From: Steroidobacteraceae bacterium
GTDB lineage: Bacteria > Pseudomonadota > Gammaproteobacteria > Steroidobacterales > Steroidobacteraceae
Length of the DNA: 36,961 nucleotides
NCBI GenBank assembly: GCA_025927665.1
Contig: JAICKZ010000001.1
Coordinates: 1-36,961, forward strand
Reading direction: 5' to 3'
The notes beneath the pieces were generated by a model. The model was not told the origin of the DNA. It did not search any database and saw only the letters and a list, made by a program, of their open reading frames with translations. Shown in pieces: positions 8,686 to 17,468 of this stretch. A program made the position numbers and the translations under genes. Position 1 is the stretch's first letter. Every line of letters starts with the position of its first letter.

Positions 8686-9450
8686 TTAGGGGTAACCAGA
8701 CTCACCTGGATCAACCACTACCTCACGTACTCGATAGACACCGTTGTAGCGATTGACGTTTGAATACACAATGCGCCCCATACCTTTATACAAAGCGTAC
8801 ATACGCATCGTATCCTTACCGCGATAATTAAACGGCGCAAACGCCTTGCCAGTAATGTGGCCAGTGGTTGCAGTCGGTAGACCGATCAAGTCTTCTACTT
8901 CTTGCTGACTCATGCCTTCACGAATTTCACTTAAGTCATGACTACTGCGAGTGGCAGGTCGAGTGGATGCAACGGGTTTACCCACAGGCTTGCTTTCACT
9001 TACTGCTACACCACCTTCTTTGTAGTCATTCAAGTTAATGGAACCTACGACATAAGGCGCAACCTTCTTGGGCAGCTTGTCCGCAGATTTATCACAATAC
9101 TTGCGGGCTTTCCGATGAATATGGGACTTACTTACCTCAACCAACAATTCCTTGTAACGACCATTACCGGAATTACCCAATGCCTTGCACATCCATGAGA
9201 TCGAGTCGACGAAAACTTCACCATTGCCGCCACGCGTATAGTTTTGTGCCAACGCCTCAGCAGTCACATCCATTAATTCCTGATCGGTAATACCTTGATT
9301 AAATATTTCTTCAGCCGCATGTTGCATCGAACCCAATCCACCGCTTGCCAGCATCGTAGCGTAACGCTTGCCGCTGGCATCCAATGCAAAAACATTAACT
9401 GTAATCAACATCAATATCAGACAAGCAAGACTCATCAGTTTTTTGTTCAT
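8686..9450 (-). CDS. secreted/periplasmic hypothetical protein with a BamE(SmpA/OmlA)-like C-terminal domain
   Basis: Signal peptide MNKKLMSLACLILMLITVNVFA. The C-terminus (GMSQQEVEDLIGLPT...TGKAFAPFNYRGKD...YKGMGRIVY) resembles small OmlA/BamE-fold lipoprotein domains. GGTGGAG lies 6 nt before the ATG at 9450. Confidence 0.55.
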   Translation of the reverse strand: MNKKLMSLACLILMLITVNVFALDASGKRYATMLASGGLGSMQHAAEEIFNQGITDQELMDVTAEALAQNYTRGGNGEVFVDSISWMCKALGNSGNGRYKELLVEVSKSHIHRKARKYCDKSADKLPKKVAPYVVGSINLNDYKEGGVAVSESKPVGKPVASTRPATRSSHDLSEIREGMSQQEVEDLIGLPTATTGHITGKAFAPFNYRGKDTMRMYALYKGMGRIVYSNVNRYNGVYRVREVVVDPGESGYP

Positions 9451-9589
9451 ACCATTCTCCACCTTTTTTATGCATTAATAACACTGAAAGAAAGGAACAG
9501 AAACCTACCTAAGAATTATTACATTCATTATCTTTCGCTCATGCGGCGCTTACCAATTTTGATCTTCCCCTTGAATATCGGACACCTGG

Positions 9590-9760
9590 TTAAGAGGCTT
9601 TGCATACATAAATCGAACTGCATGGGACTAAGTAACCTCGCGTTAAATGCAAGCGTTGCCGATTGTAATACACTTCAATCTGATACGCGGTTGTTCTACT
9701 CGATCGATCAACCTTTCCACGTGTTCGCGACACATGGCGGTGCGGCGTATTCTCATTACA
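9590..9760 (-). pseudogene. remnant of the 3' end of an IS3-family transposase (orfB/integrase core)
   Basis: The minus-strand translation ...AYQIEVYYNRQRLHLTRGYLVPCSSIY* matches the conserved IS3 OrfB C-terminus (..YIE.FYNR.R.HS.LGY.SP.EF.). No DDE core, orfA or terminal inverted repeats are recognisable. Confidence 0.5.
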
Positions 9761-9826
9761 ATGATGCGGACTCGCAACGGTTGGCGCAGAAAGGCTGCAC
9801 TCGGTCACAAGTGTTACGACAACCAC

Positions 9827-9850
9827 CTACTGACAGGATGCTGTCAGTAG
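9827..9850. repeat. perfect 10-bp stem / 4-nt loop hairpin (CTACTGACAG gatg CTGTCAGTAG)
   Basis: Read directly. It has no flanking T-run on either strand and lies next to the IS3 remnant. Confidence 0.6.
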
Positions 9851-10098
9851 CCTGCAGGTAGTATGTTCCGCAGCACATTATTTATTAGCGACAAGGCAGA
9901 TCGACAACAATTTCATGTAAGAAGTACCATGCTCATGCCGTAGGAGTGGCTCGCGACTGTCTGTTTTTATACTGCGGTGAGGGATCGTGTCGACGACAAT
10001 CTACCTCAATATCTTATTCATCTTTGCGCTGCGTTTCGCGATTGTTTGTATAACGCCCTCCATCCACATTCACTTGTCGAAATTAATTGGAGCATATT

Positions 10099-10728
10099 AT
10101 GAACGCAAAAATTATTTATTACTTTGTATTTGATGGTTTGGTGGACTATGAAGCGTCATATGCATTGGTTGCAATAAATAATCCGCAATTCCAGCGCGAG
10201 CCGAATGGCTACAAAGTAGTGGTGGTGAGTGAAACAACTATTCCGATCATCACCGCGGGCGGAGTGCATATCACTCCAGACGTGACACTTTCTGAAATTG
10301 ATACAAAGCAAGCGGCGATGCTAATCCTGCCTGGCGGTGCCAAATGGGAAAAGGGTGGAAATATGGAAGTGATCGATACTGCAAAAAAAATATTAAAGGA
10401 CGGTGGCGTCGTCGCCGCAATATGTGGAGCAACACTGGGTCTAGCGAAAGCAGGTTTGCTCGACAAGCGACAGCATACTAGTAATGCACCTGAATATCTT
10501 TCATCCAGCGGGTATCGAGGTGCTTCGAACTATGTGGATACGGACGCGATAACCGATTCAGGAATCATTACTGCAGGCGGTGTGTTTCCGACCGGGTTTG
10601 CTCGCGAAATCGCAGAAGCGTTGCAACTTTATGAAGCAGATGTCGCCGATGCTTGGTATCACCTCATCAAAACGGGTGACAAGAAATATTTCTTTGAACT
10701 GGTGCAACATGCTCAGCATACACATTAA
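10099..10728 (+). CDS. DJ-1/PfpI-family (type 1 glutamine amidotransferase-like) protein
   Basis: Has the nucleophile-elbow motif VAAICGATLGLAKAGLL and LILPGG. TGGAG lies 6 nt before the ATG at 10099; the ORF track starts at a TTG at 10087. Confidence 0.7.
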   Translation: MNAKIIYYFVFDGLVDYEASYALVAINNPQFQREPNGYKVVVVSETTIPIITAGGVHITPDVTLSEIDTKQAAMLILPGGAKWEKGGNMEVIDTAKKILKDGGVVAAICGATLGLAKAGLLDKRQHTSNAPEYLSSSGYRGASNYVDTDAITDSGIITAGGVFPTGFAREIAEALQLYEADVADAWYHLIKTGDKKYFFELVQHAQHTH

Positions 10729-10847
10729 CAAATGGCGAAATCGCAAAGGAAACGGCTTAGACTCGTGAGTTCCACGCTCTTGCAACGAGCGTGCAATCAA
10801 TATGGACAGCACGTCTCATGCACGCGCCAATACTGCCACTCCATGCG

Positions 10848-11630
10848 TCAAGTGAAATGCAATGTCTCTTGAACGTGCGGATGTAAACGACCATTACTTG
10901 CCAAAACCGTGGTTGTATCGAGATTCACGGCTTTACCATCCAGTTGAGTAAATCGACCACCCGCCGCTTCAACAATCACCGACAATGCCGCGATGTCTAG
11001 AATATTGACATCAGATTCGATCACCAAATCAATCTTGCCAGCTGCTAACAAATGATAGTGCAAGAAATCGCCATAACCTCGAATGCGATTGGCACTAGCA
11101 ATCAATTTACCGTAATTAATCCACTGTGAACTTAGTGCGAGCGTTTTAAGATTGCCGCCCGAGATGGCACAAGCTGCAATCGAATCAATCTCACTGACCT
11201 TGATTTGCTTGTCATTCAACCAGGCACCTTTGCCCACTTCCGCATAAGCGAGTTCACCTCCATTTGCACCATAGACAGGAGCGGATGAAACGCCAACGAT
11301 GAGTTTGCCTCGATGCATTAATGCGATCTGTGTGGAGAACATCGGATATTCACGCACGAAAGCCTTGGTCCCATCAATAGGATCGACTAACCAAAGATAT
11401 TCGGCGTCGAGCCCTTGACTGCCGGTTTCCTCTCCATAAAAACCATGATCAGGAAAGCGTGTCGAGATCAGCTTGCGAATCACCTGTTCGGTTTCCACAT
11501 CTGCCTGCGTCACGGGTGACTTATCCGCTTTTATAGTAATCGCGATGTTTTGTTGATAGTAACGCCGCACCACATCGGCAGCTAAGCGCGCGGCATCCAA
11601 AGCGGTTGTCAAGAAAGGTGAGTGCATCAT
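10848..11630 (-). CDS. inositol monophosphatase family protein (IMPase/HisN-like)
   Basis: Motifs EETG and WLVDPIDGTKAF, plus a C-terminal GYGD region. I prefer the start at MMHSPF (11630) because a divergent promoter and riboswitch occupy 11693 onward. A longer form starting at 11705 or 11708 is possible. Confidence 0.75.
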   Translation of the reverse strand: MMHSPFLTTALDAARLAADVVRRYYQQNIAITIKADKSPVTQADVETEQVIRKLISTRFPDHGFYGEETGSQGLDAEYLWLVDPIDGTKAFVREYPMFSTQIALMHRGKLIVGVSSAPVYGANGGELAYAEVGKGAWLNDKQIKVSEIDSIAACAISGGNLKTLALSSQWINYGKLIASANRIRGYGDFLHYHLLAAGKIDLVIESDVNILDIAALSVIVEAAGGRFTQLDGKAVNLDTTTVLASNGRLHPHVQETLHFT

Positions 11631-11692
11631 GAAGAAATAACCAGCAACAGATTGATTCCACAACGCACAGCATAACCGATTCAATGTCCTTC

Positions 11693-11721
11693 TTGACACC
11701 ATCATCACTCTGCCCTACCGT
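11693..11721 (+). promoter_or_regulatory. candidate sigma70 promoter for the riboswitch/btuB operon
   Basis: TTGACA (11693-11698), a 17-nt spacer, then TACCGT (11716-11721). This would start transcription just before the riboswitch. Confidence 0.35.
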
Positions 11722-11730
11722 GCGCGCGCC

Positions 11731-11946
11731 CTTTGGTGATCACTTATCATAAAAGCAAGTGAGCACGGGAAGCCAGTGAATCATTACGACAATTCTGGCA
11801 CTGCCCCCGCAACGGTAATCGAGTAAAAATCGTATCTAGGAATTTTAAAGTTCCAGTCACTGCATCAACGATGTGGGAAGACGATGCGACCGAGCAATGT
11901 CATTAAGCTTGACAGACTCATTCGTAAGTCCGGAGACCGACCAATC
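11731..11946 (+). promoter_or_regulatory. cobalamin (adenosylcobalamin/B12) riboswitch
   Basis: Conserved core elements appear in order: GGTG..., GGGAAGCCAGTGAAT, GCACTGCCCCCGCAACGGTAA, CCAGTCACTG...GGGAAG, and the B12 box AAGTCCGGAGACCGACC. It lies directly upstream of a TonB-dependent receptor. Confidence 0.85.
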
Positions 11947-12080
11947 GGCTGGATGCGTGTCGTTGCGACGATCATCCATTCAACCTCGCGGTGGGCGATG
12001 GTGCGATCTCGTCTTGAATTCTTCATTGCGTGGTCTCGCTTCCCCCTGCGTTTTTATTAACCCAGTCCATACGGGCGAGT

Positions 12081-13940
12081 ATGGGGAGCGTATTGTTAAT
12101 GTTCATTCGTGTTGCTGCGGCGATGACCGCTTGTTTGTCATGTGTTGCTGTTGTTGCTGATCAAAATGATTCTGACAATGCACTGGATACGGTGGTGGTG
12201 ACTGCCAGTCGTGTTGAACAACCTGTCAGCAATGTCATTGGCTCTGTCACGGTAATTGATCGAAAAGAAATCGAACGCCGTCAACCACAGTCGTTGCAAG
12301 ATCTATTGCGTGGTGAAGCAGGTATTGATATCTACAACAACGGTGGTCTTGGTAAAGCTAGCGACATTTTTATGCGTGGCGGCAATACCGCACAAACATT
12401 GATTCTGGTAGATGGTGAACGGCTCGGTTCTGCAGCCAACGGCACCACCGCAATTCAATTTATCCCGATTGACCAAATCGAACGTGTAGAAATTGTGCGC
12501 GGCCCACGTTCGAGTCTGTATGGCTCAGACGCCATTGGCGGTGTGATTCAGATTTTTACCCGTAAAGCCAGTGGTGTGGATGCATCCATTGGCTATGGCT
12601 ACCACGACACTCAGAGTTACTCCACAGCCATGGGCTATTACCACGATGGTTGGCGCATGAATTTCACCGGCAACTATAAGCAAAGCAATGGCTACAACAC
12701 TTGCCGTGCTAATTTGCATGCTGGTTGTTTTACCGATGAACCCGACGATGATGGTTTTCGCAACACCTCTGCATCCACGCATTTGGGTTATGCCTTTGGT
12801 AACAAAGCTGATGTCGAGATCCATGATTTATACAGCACGGGTTATACCGAGTTCGATGGCTTTATCAACCAAGGACGATTCACCGAACACGCTCCAGGTA
12901 TCAAGTTAAAACTTATGCCCATTGATAAATTGACAGTCACACTGACTGGCAGTATCACTCACGATAACCAAGACAACTTTAACAACGCGACGTTTCTAAG
13001 TCGTTTCAACACCGAAAAGCACAACGCTTCATTGCTGAGTGATTGGACGATAAACGCAAGCAACACTGTAATGCTCGGTGTCGATTACTTGCGGGATCAC
13101 ATTGACACGGTGGTCGATTCCACTGATCCAACGCAAACATTCGCTGTAACCCGTCGCAACAGCCATGGTGTATTTGCAGAATATCTTGGTACGTTTGGCA
13201 GCGAAGAATTTTCCGCCTCATTACGCAGCGATAACAGCAATCAATATGGCACCCACAACACCGGCGATGCCGGCTGGAAGTGGCGCGTCATCGATAAATT
13301 GTTGTCATTGAATGCAGGTTATGGTCAAGCGTTCCATGCACCTACATTCAACGATTTGTACTATCCTTTTGGTTCCGGCAATCCAAGGCTAAGACCAGAA
13401 AGCTCACGAAACGTGGAAGTGGGCGCATCAGGTGATCTGGCTTTTATGAACTGGTCCATTCAGGCTTATGAAAATCGTGTCAAGGACTTAATTGCGCTCG
13501 ATAGCAGTTTTTTCCCCGTCAATACGGATGCACGAATGCGTGGTGTAGAGCTAACCACTAAAGCTAACTGGAATAAATTTAACACCGCAGTCAACTATAC
13601 CTGGCTTGACCCACGCAGCCGTCAGCAAGGCGAAAACTACAACAAGATATTGACGCGTCGTGCGAGACAATCAGGCCGTGTCGAGATGGGATATAATTTT
13701 TTCATGTGGCAATTCAATAGTATTGTCAATGTTGTCGGACCACGGTTTGATGACCTTGCCAACACTCAGCGCCTGGGTGGTTATACAACCATTGACTTCA
13801 ACACATCAGTTGTAATTCATAAAGACTATTTCATTCAACTCAAGTTGAACAATGTACTCGATCGTCGCTATGAAACGGCGCAGTACTTTAATCAAGAAGG
13901 CCGCAGTGTTTATCTAACATTGCATTATCAACATAAATAG
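12081..13940 (+). CDS. btuB: TonB-dependent vitamin B12/corrinoid outer-membrane receptor
   Basis: A signal peptide is followed by the TonB box DTVVVTASR, the plug motif IERVEIVRGPRSSLYGSDAIGGVIQI and a long beta-barrel. It lies downstream of the B12 riboswitch. The start is an ATG at 12081 or 12099; the ORF-track start at 12030 would run into the riboswitch platform. Confidence 0.85.
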   Translation: MGSVLLMFIRVAAAMTACLSCVAVVADQNDSDNALDTVVVTASRVEQPVSNVIGSVTVIDRKEIERRQPQSLQDLLRGEAGIDIYNNGGLGKASDIFMRGGNTAQTLILVDGERLGSAANGTTAIQFIPIDQIERVEIVRGPRSSLYGSDAIGGVIQIFTRKASGVDASIGYGYHDTQSYSTAMGYYHDGWRMNFTGNYKQSNGYNTCRANLHAGCFTDEPDDDGFRNTSASTHLGYAFGNKADVEIHDLYSTGYTEFDGFINQGRFTEHAPGIKLKLMPIDKLTVTLTGSITHDNQDNFNNATFLSRFNTEKHNASLLSDWTINASNTVMLGVDYLRDHIDTVVDSTDPTQTFAVTRRNSHGVFAEYLGTFGSEEFSASLRSDNSNQYGTHNTGDAGWKWRVIDKLLSLNAGYGQAFHAPTFNDLYYPFGSGNPRLRPESSRNVEVGASGDLAFMNWSIQAYENRVKDLIALDSSFFPVNTDARMRGVELTTKANWNKFNTAVNYTWLDPRSRQQGENYNKILTRRARQSGRVEMGYNFFMWQFNSIVNVVGPRFDDLANTQRLGGYTTIDFNTSVVIHKDYFIQLKLNNVLDRRYETAQYFNQEGRSVYLTLHYQHK

Positions 13941-13951
13941 AGAAACAGAAT

Positions 13952-14527
13952 ATGAACAACACGGTAACTAATACAAAACGTGACTGGGTTATTGGTATCA
14001 CGCTGCTGGTGATACTGGTCATCACTCGTTCAGACCATTTTGGTTCCAGTATTAAACTGCCAGATGCAAGCTGGGCTTTATTTTGGTTAAGTGGTGCATT
14101 GACAATACGCTGGTGGTGGACTGCAATCTTGATGATGACCGCTGCAATAGTGGACTATGTTGCCATCAATCATGGCGTCAGCAGCTATTGCGTCACCGCT
14201 GCTTATCCATTCTTGATACCCGCATATTTATCACTATGGAGCATGGGACGTTGGGCTAGTCAATCACTTGATATTGAATGGCGATCATTGTTGCGTGTCA
14301 TCGTGTCAGTACTCAATGGTGTGACGCTTGCATTCATCATCAGCAATTACAGTTTCTATACCTTCTCGGGAAAATTCGCGGCACTCACTCCATTGCAATA
14401 TACGCAAGCAACGATGCAGTATTGGCCAGTGTACTTATTGCACACCACAATTTACATCGCGATAGGATTATTGGTGCGATTTGTTATTCGAGCATCTCAT
14501 AGTGCATTGGCACAGACGCGGGCATGA
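13952..14527 (+). CDS. small polytopic membrane protein, probable BtuM-like (solitary ECF S-component-type) cobalamin transporter
   Basis: A 191-aa product with about 5-6 TM helices and a single cysteine (Cys80, codon 14189-14191). It starts 11 nt after btuB, and its stop overlaps the cobT start (ATGA). The assignment rests on context, size and the single Cys, not on a search. Confidence 0.5.
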   Translation: MNNTVTNTKRDWVIGITLLVILVITRSDHFGSSIKLPDASWALFWLSGALTIRWWWTAILMMTAAIVDYVAINHGVSSYCVTAAYPFLIPAYLSLWSMGRWASQSLDIEWRSLLRVIVSVLNGVTLAFIISNYSFYTFSGKFAALTPLQYTQATMQYWPVYLLHTTIYIAIGLLVRFVIRASHSALAQTRA

Positions 14528-15561
14528 GCTTCACTATTCCATCACCTGATGTTGCATTTTATGAATCAGCTCGAGCGCGACAGGATCAGCTGATCAAACC
14601 AACAGGCGCATTGGGCAGGCTTGAGGACATAGCATGCTGGTTTGCAGCGCGTCAGCGACGCACTATTCCTTCTGCGTTAACGCCTGGCATCACGGTGTTT
14701 GCAGCAGATCATGGCGTGGCCCAGCATAACGTCTCTGCGTATCCCGCCAGCGTAACGCAAGCGATGCTCAGTACATTATCCAATGGCCAAGCAGCCATTG
14801 CGGTATTGGCTCGTGACATCAATGCAATGTACGCCGTGGTTGATGTAGGCGTCGCTGGCGAACCCAGCAAGACTCAGAACATACATAACGAGCGCATTGC
14901 AACGGGTACAGCTGATCTCAGTACGCAAGCTGCGATGACGATTGCGCAAGCCGAGCAAGCCATTGCCATCGGTAGACAACATGCCACTCAAATGATCAAT
15001 GGTGGTGCTGATTTGTTGATTGCAGGTGAAGTTGGCATTGGCAATACCACTTCTGCTGCATGCCTGATTGCCGCCACCACTCAACTGGATGCAGGTGTCT
15101 TAGTGGGCAACGGCACGGGTCTTGATGCCAAAGGTCGCGCGCATAAATTGACTATAGTACGTCGCGCATTGAGTCGCGTGGCTTCAACACAGACGTTATC
15201 GTCAATACAATTGTTGAGCGAGTTGGGCGGTTTTGAAATTGCAGCGATGACGGGTTATTACCTGCAAGCATCCAGCATGGGCGTACCTGTGTTGCTGGAT
15301 GGATATATTTCAACTGCGGCTGCATTATTGGCCACTCGCATTGAGCCGATGACACGTGAATGGATGCTGGCAGCGCATCAATCTGCAGAATTGGGTCATG
15401 CACTGGCGCTTGAACATCTACGGCTCCGTCCCTTATTTAACTTGAATATGCGATTGGGCGAAGGCAGTGGCGCCGCAATTGCAGTGCCTTTAATTCAAAC
15501 GGCGCTGCGATTGCATCGCGAAATGGCCACCTTCGCTGAAGCGGGCGTGCCTGGAGCTTAA
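14524..15561 (+). CDS. cobT: nicotinate-nucleotide--dimethylbenzimidazole phosphoribosyltransferase
   Basis: Contains GALGRLE, GEVGIGNTTSAA and MRLGEGSGAA. The 345-aa length is typical for CobT. Confidence 0.9.
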   Translation: MSFTIPSPDVAFYESARARQDQLIKPTGALGRLEDIACWFAARQRRTIPSALTPGITVFAADHGVAQHNVSAYPASVTQAMLSTLSNGQAAIAVLARDINAMYAVVDVGVAGEPSKTQNIHNERIATGTADLSTQAAMTIAQAEQAIAIGRQHATQMINGGADLLIAGEVGIGNTTSAACLIAATTQLDAGVLVGNGTGLDAKGRAHKLTIVRRALSRVASTQTLSSIQLLSELGGFEIAAMTGYYLQASSMGVPVLLDGYISTAAALLATRIEPMTREWMLAAHQSAELGHALALEHLRLRPLFNLNMRLGEGSGAAIAVPLIQTALRLHREMATFAEAGVPGA

Positions 15562-15565
15562 TTCC

Positions 15566-16159
15566 ATGCTGATCAGTCTTATCAGACATGGCGAAGTCAA
15601 CGGGCGTGCCCAAGTACTGCGTGGTCGAAGTGATGATGCGTTGAGCCAACATGGCGAACAGCAAATGCACGACATGGTTGCAACATTGCATACTGACATG
15701 ACTGCGATCGCCTGTTCACCATTACAACGCTGCCGCACGTTTGCTGAGGAATTAAGCCAGCAATCTAAACTGCCACTGCATATCATTGATGAGCTACGTG
15801 AAATCAATTTTGGTGAATGGGAAAATTTGACGCTTGCTGAGGCAGAAGCACGCGATCCGGATTGTTATCACCTGTTTAAACATCAAACCGAACTGTGGCA
15901 GCCTCCCGGTGGCGAACCGTATGCGGTATTTCGTCAGCGCATCAGAGAAGCTTTACTGCAAATCAGAAACATTAATACATCGCATCTATTGGTGGTCACC
16001 CATGGTGGTGTCATTCGTGCATTGATTGCGGAGTGTTTACAGTTGAGTCCTGCCAGTGCCGCTCGCATTGGCATTCCATTAGCAGGCTTGTGCCAACTGT
16101 GGATCGATGAGCATAGTAGTAGCCTGTTGCGTCTACACTGGCTTAACCAATCTTGCTGA
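15566..16159 (+). CDS. cobC: alpha-ribazole phosphatase (histidine phosphatase family)
   Basis: LIRHGE catalytic motif, THGGVIRAL, 197 aa, positioned between cobT and cobS. Confidence 0.8.
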   Translation: MLISLIRHGEVNGRAQVLRGRSDDALSQHGEQQMHDMVATLHTDMTAIACSPLQRCRTFAEELSQQSKLPLHIIDELREINFGEWENLTLAEAEARDPDCYHLFKHQTELWQPPGGEPYAVFRQRIREALLQIRNINTSHLLVVTHGGVIRALIAECLQLSPASAARIGIPLAGLCQLWIDEHSSSLLRLHWLNQSC

Positions 16160-16166
16160 GCATGCA

Positions 16167-16916
16167 ATGCGTCAATTGATTCTTGCAATTCAGTTTCTGA
16201 CGCGCCTGCCCACGCCACAGATAAAAAACTTTACCAAGCAGGAATTATCCAGCACAGCCCCATGGTTTCCAATAGTCGGTATCATTGTTGGATTATTCGT
16301 TACATCACTGGTAACGCTGGGCACCTATGTTGATGTTTGGCTGGGTGCGCTGCTGGGTTTGATTACCTGGGTTTGGATAACAGGTGCGTTACACCTCGAC
16401 GGGCTTGCCGATTTAAGTGATGCACTGGGTGCCGCGCATCGCGATCCACAACGCTTCCTGCAAGTGATGCGCGATCCGCATGTCGGAAGCTTTGGTGTCA
16501 TTGCGTTACTCATGTTATTGATGAGCAAATTGATTCTGCTGCAATTGATCATCACGCATCATTTGTTGAACTGGTGCTTGTTACCATTGATTTGCGCATG
16601 GTCACGACTGGGTGCGATTGCATGGTCTGCATGGTTACCGTCTTTATCAAGTGGTAGTGCAGAAGTATTTGCATGGCAAATCCGCAAGCCGATGATTGTT
16701 GTGAATACGCTCATCTTGTTTGTAATCAGTGCTTTGTTTTCGCCAGCGTTGTTAGTTTCACCGTTGATACTGTTTATATGGTGGTGTTTCTTACGCTATC
16801 GTCTTGGTGGTATGACTGGAGATTGTCTGGGTGCAGGCATTGAAATCACTGAAACTATCCTGTTGTTGACCACACTATGTATGCCAATTGTATTCAAGCC
16901 ATGGACTTTAACGTGA
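16167..16916 (+). CDS. cobS: adenosylcobinamide-GDP ribazoletransferase (cobalamin synthase)
   Basis: MRQLILAIQFLTRLP, LHLDGLADLSDALG and a multi-TM profile. The ATG at 16167 lies 7 nt after the cobC stop; the ORF-track start at 16107 overlaps cobC. Confidence 0.88.
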   Translation: MRQLILAIQFLTRLPTPQIKNFTKQELSSTAPWFPIVGIIVGLFVTSLVTLGTYVDVWLGALLGLITWVWITGALHLDGLADLSDALGAAHRDPQRFLQVMRDPHVGSFGVIALLMLLMSKLILLQLIITHHLLNWCLLPLICAWSRLGAIAWSAWLPSLSSGSAEVFAWQIRKPMIVVNTLILFVISALFSPALLVSPLILFIWWCFLRYRLGGMTGDCLGAGIEITETILLLTTLCMPIVFKPWTLT

Positions 16917-17439
16917 GCGATAATCCCGCTGCCACCAATGTCACTCGCTCGCAACAAGAAGCCAGTAACTGGTTTAATCTGCCCTGCTCATCGCGAAAAC
17001 GTCGCGCAATAAGGTTGTCTGGAACAATACCCCAACCCACTTCATTGCTCACCAATACAATCTCTGCTTGTAATGTCGGCAAACATTCGAGCAATAACTT
17101 GCGCTCGCTTTGCCACGCATCATCATCAAACTCGGGTGTATCGGCAAGGCCGGTACAGAGTACATTGCTTAACCACAGTGTTATGCAATCAACCACAATA
17201 AAAGCATTGTGCTTATCCAGTTTCAATAATGTAGTAGCAAGCTGCGTTGGTGCTTCTACTGTTTGCCAGTTTTCAGGACGTTCGCTGCGGTGTCGCGAAA
17301 TACGCGTCTGCATTTCTGCATCGGTGACCTGTGCCGTTGCAACAAATACAACATTCCTTCCGCTATCATGCGCGCGCTGCAATGCCAGCGAACTTTTGCC
17401 GGAACGAGCGCCACCTAAAATCAATTCACGCACAATCAT
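16894..17439 (-). CDS. cobU: bifunctional adenosylcobinamide kinase / adenosylcobinamide-phosphate guanylyltransferase
   Basis: MIVRELILGGARSGKS P-loop, 181 aa, and LVSNEVGWGIVP. Its 3' end overlaps the cobS 3' end by 23 nt. Confidence 0.88.
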   Translation of the reverse strand: MIVRELILGGARSGKSSLALQRAHDSGRNVVFVATAQVTDAEMQTRISRHRSERPENWQTVEAPTQLATTLLKLDKHNAFIVVDCITLWLSNVLCTGLADTPEFDDDAWQSERKLLLECLPTLQAEIVLVSNEVGWGIVPDNLIARRFRDEQGRLNQLLASCCERVTLVAAGLSLTLKSMA

Positions 17440-17468
17440 TCAACCTTGGAAATAATTGGATACATATC

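Noticed and set aside
9295-9861. A 188-aa plus-strand ORF spans the start of the 8686-9450 gene and the IS remnant region.
   Set aside because: It is antisense to a well-supported gene at its 5' end. It then crosses AT-rich non-coding DNA, and its composition is not protein-like.
11873-12160. A 95-aa ORF (11873-12160), and the N-terminal extension of the btuB ORF from 12030.
   Set aside because: Both overlap the cobalamin riboswitch or its expression platform. The btuB signal peptide and TonB box follow naturally from the ATG at 12081 or 12099.
17331-17468. A longer 228-aa form of the adenosyltransferase starting at 17331.
   Set aside because: The extension overlaps cobU by 109 nt on the opposite strand and is not protein-like. 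The conserved PduO N-terminus (IYTRTGDNGTT) begins right after the ATG at 17469.
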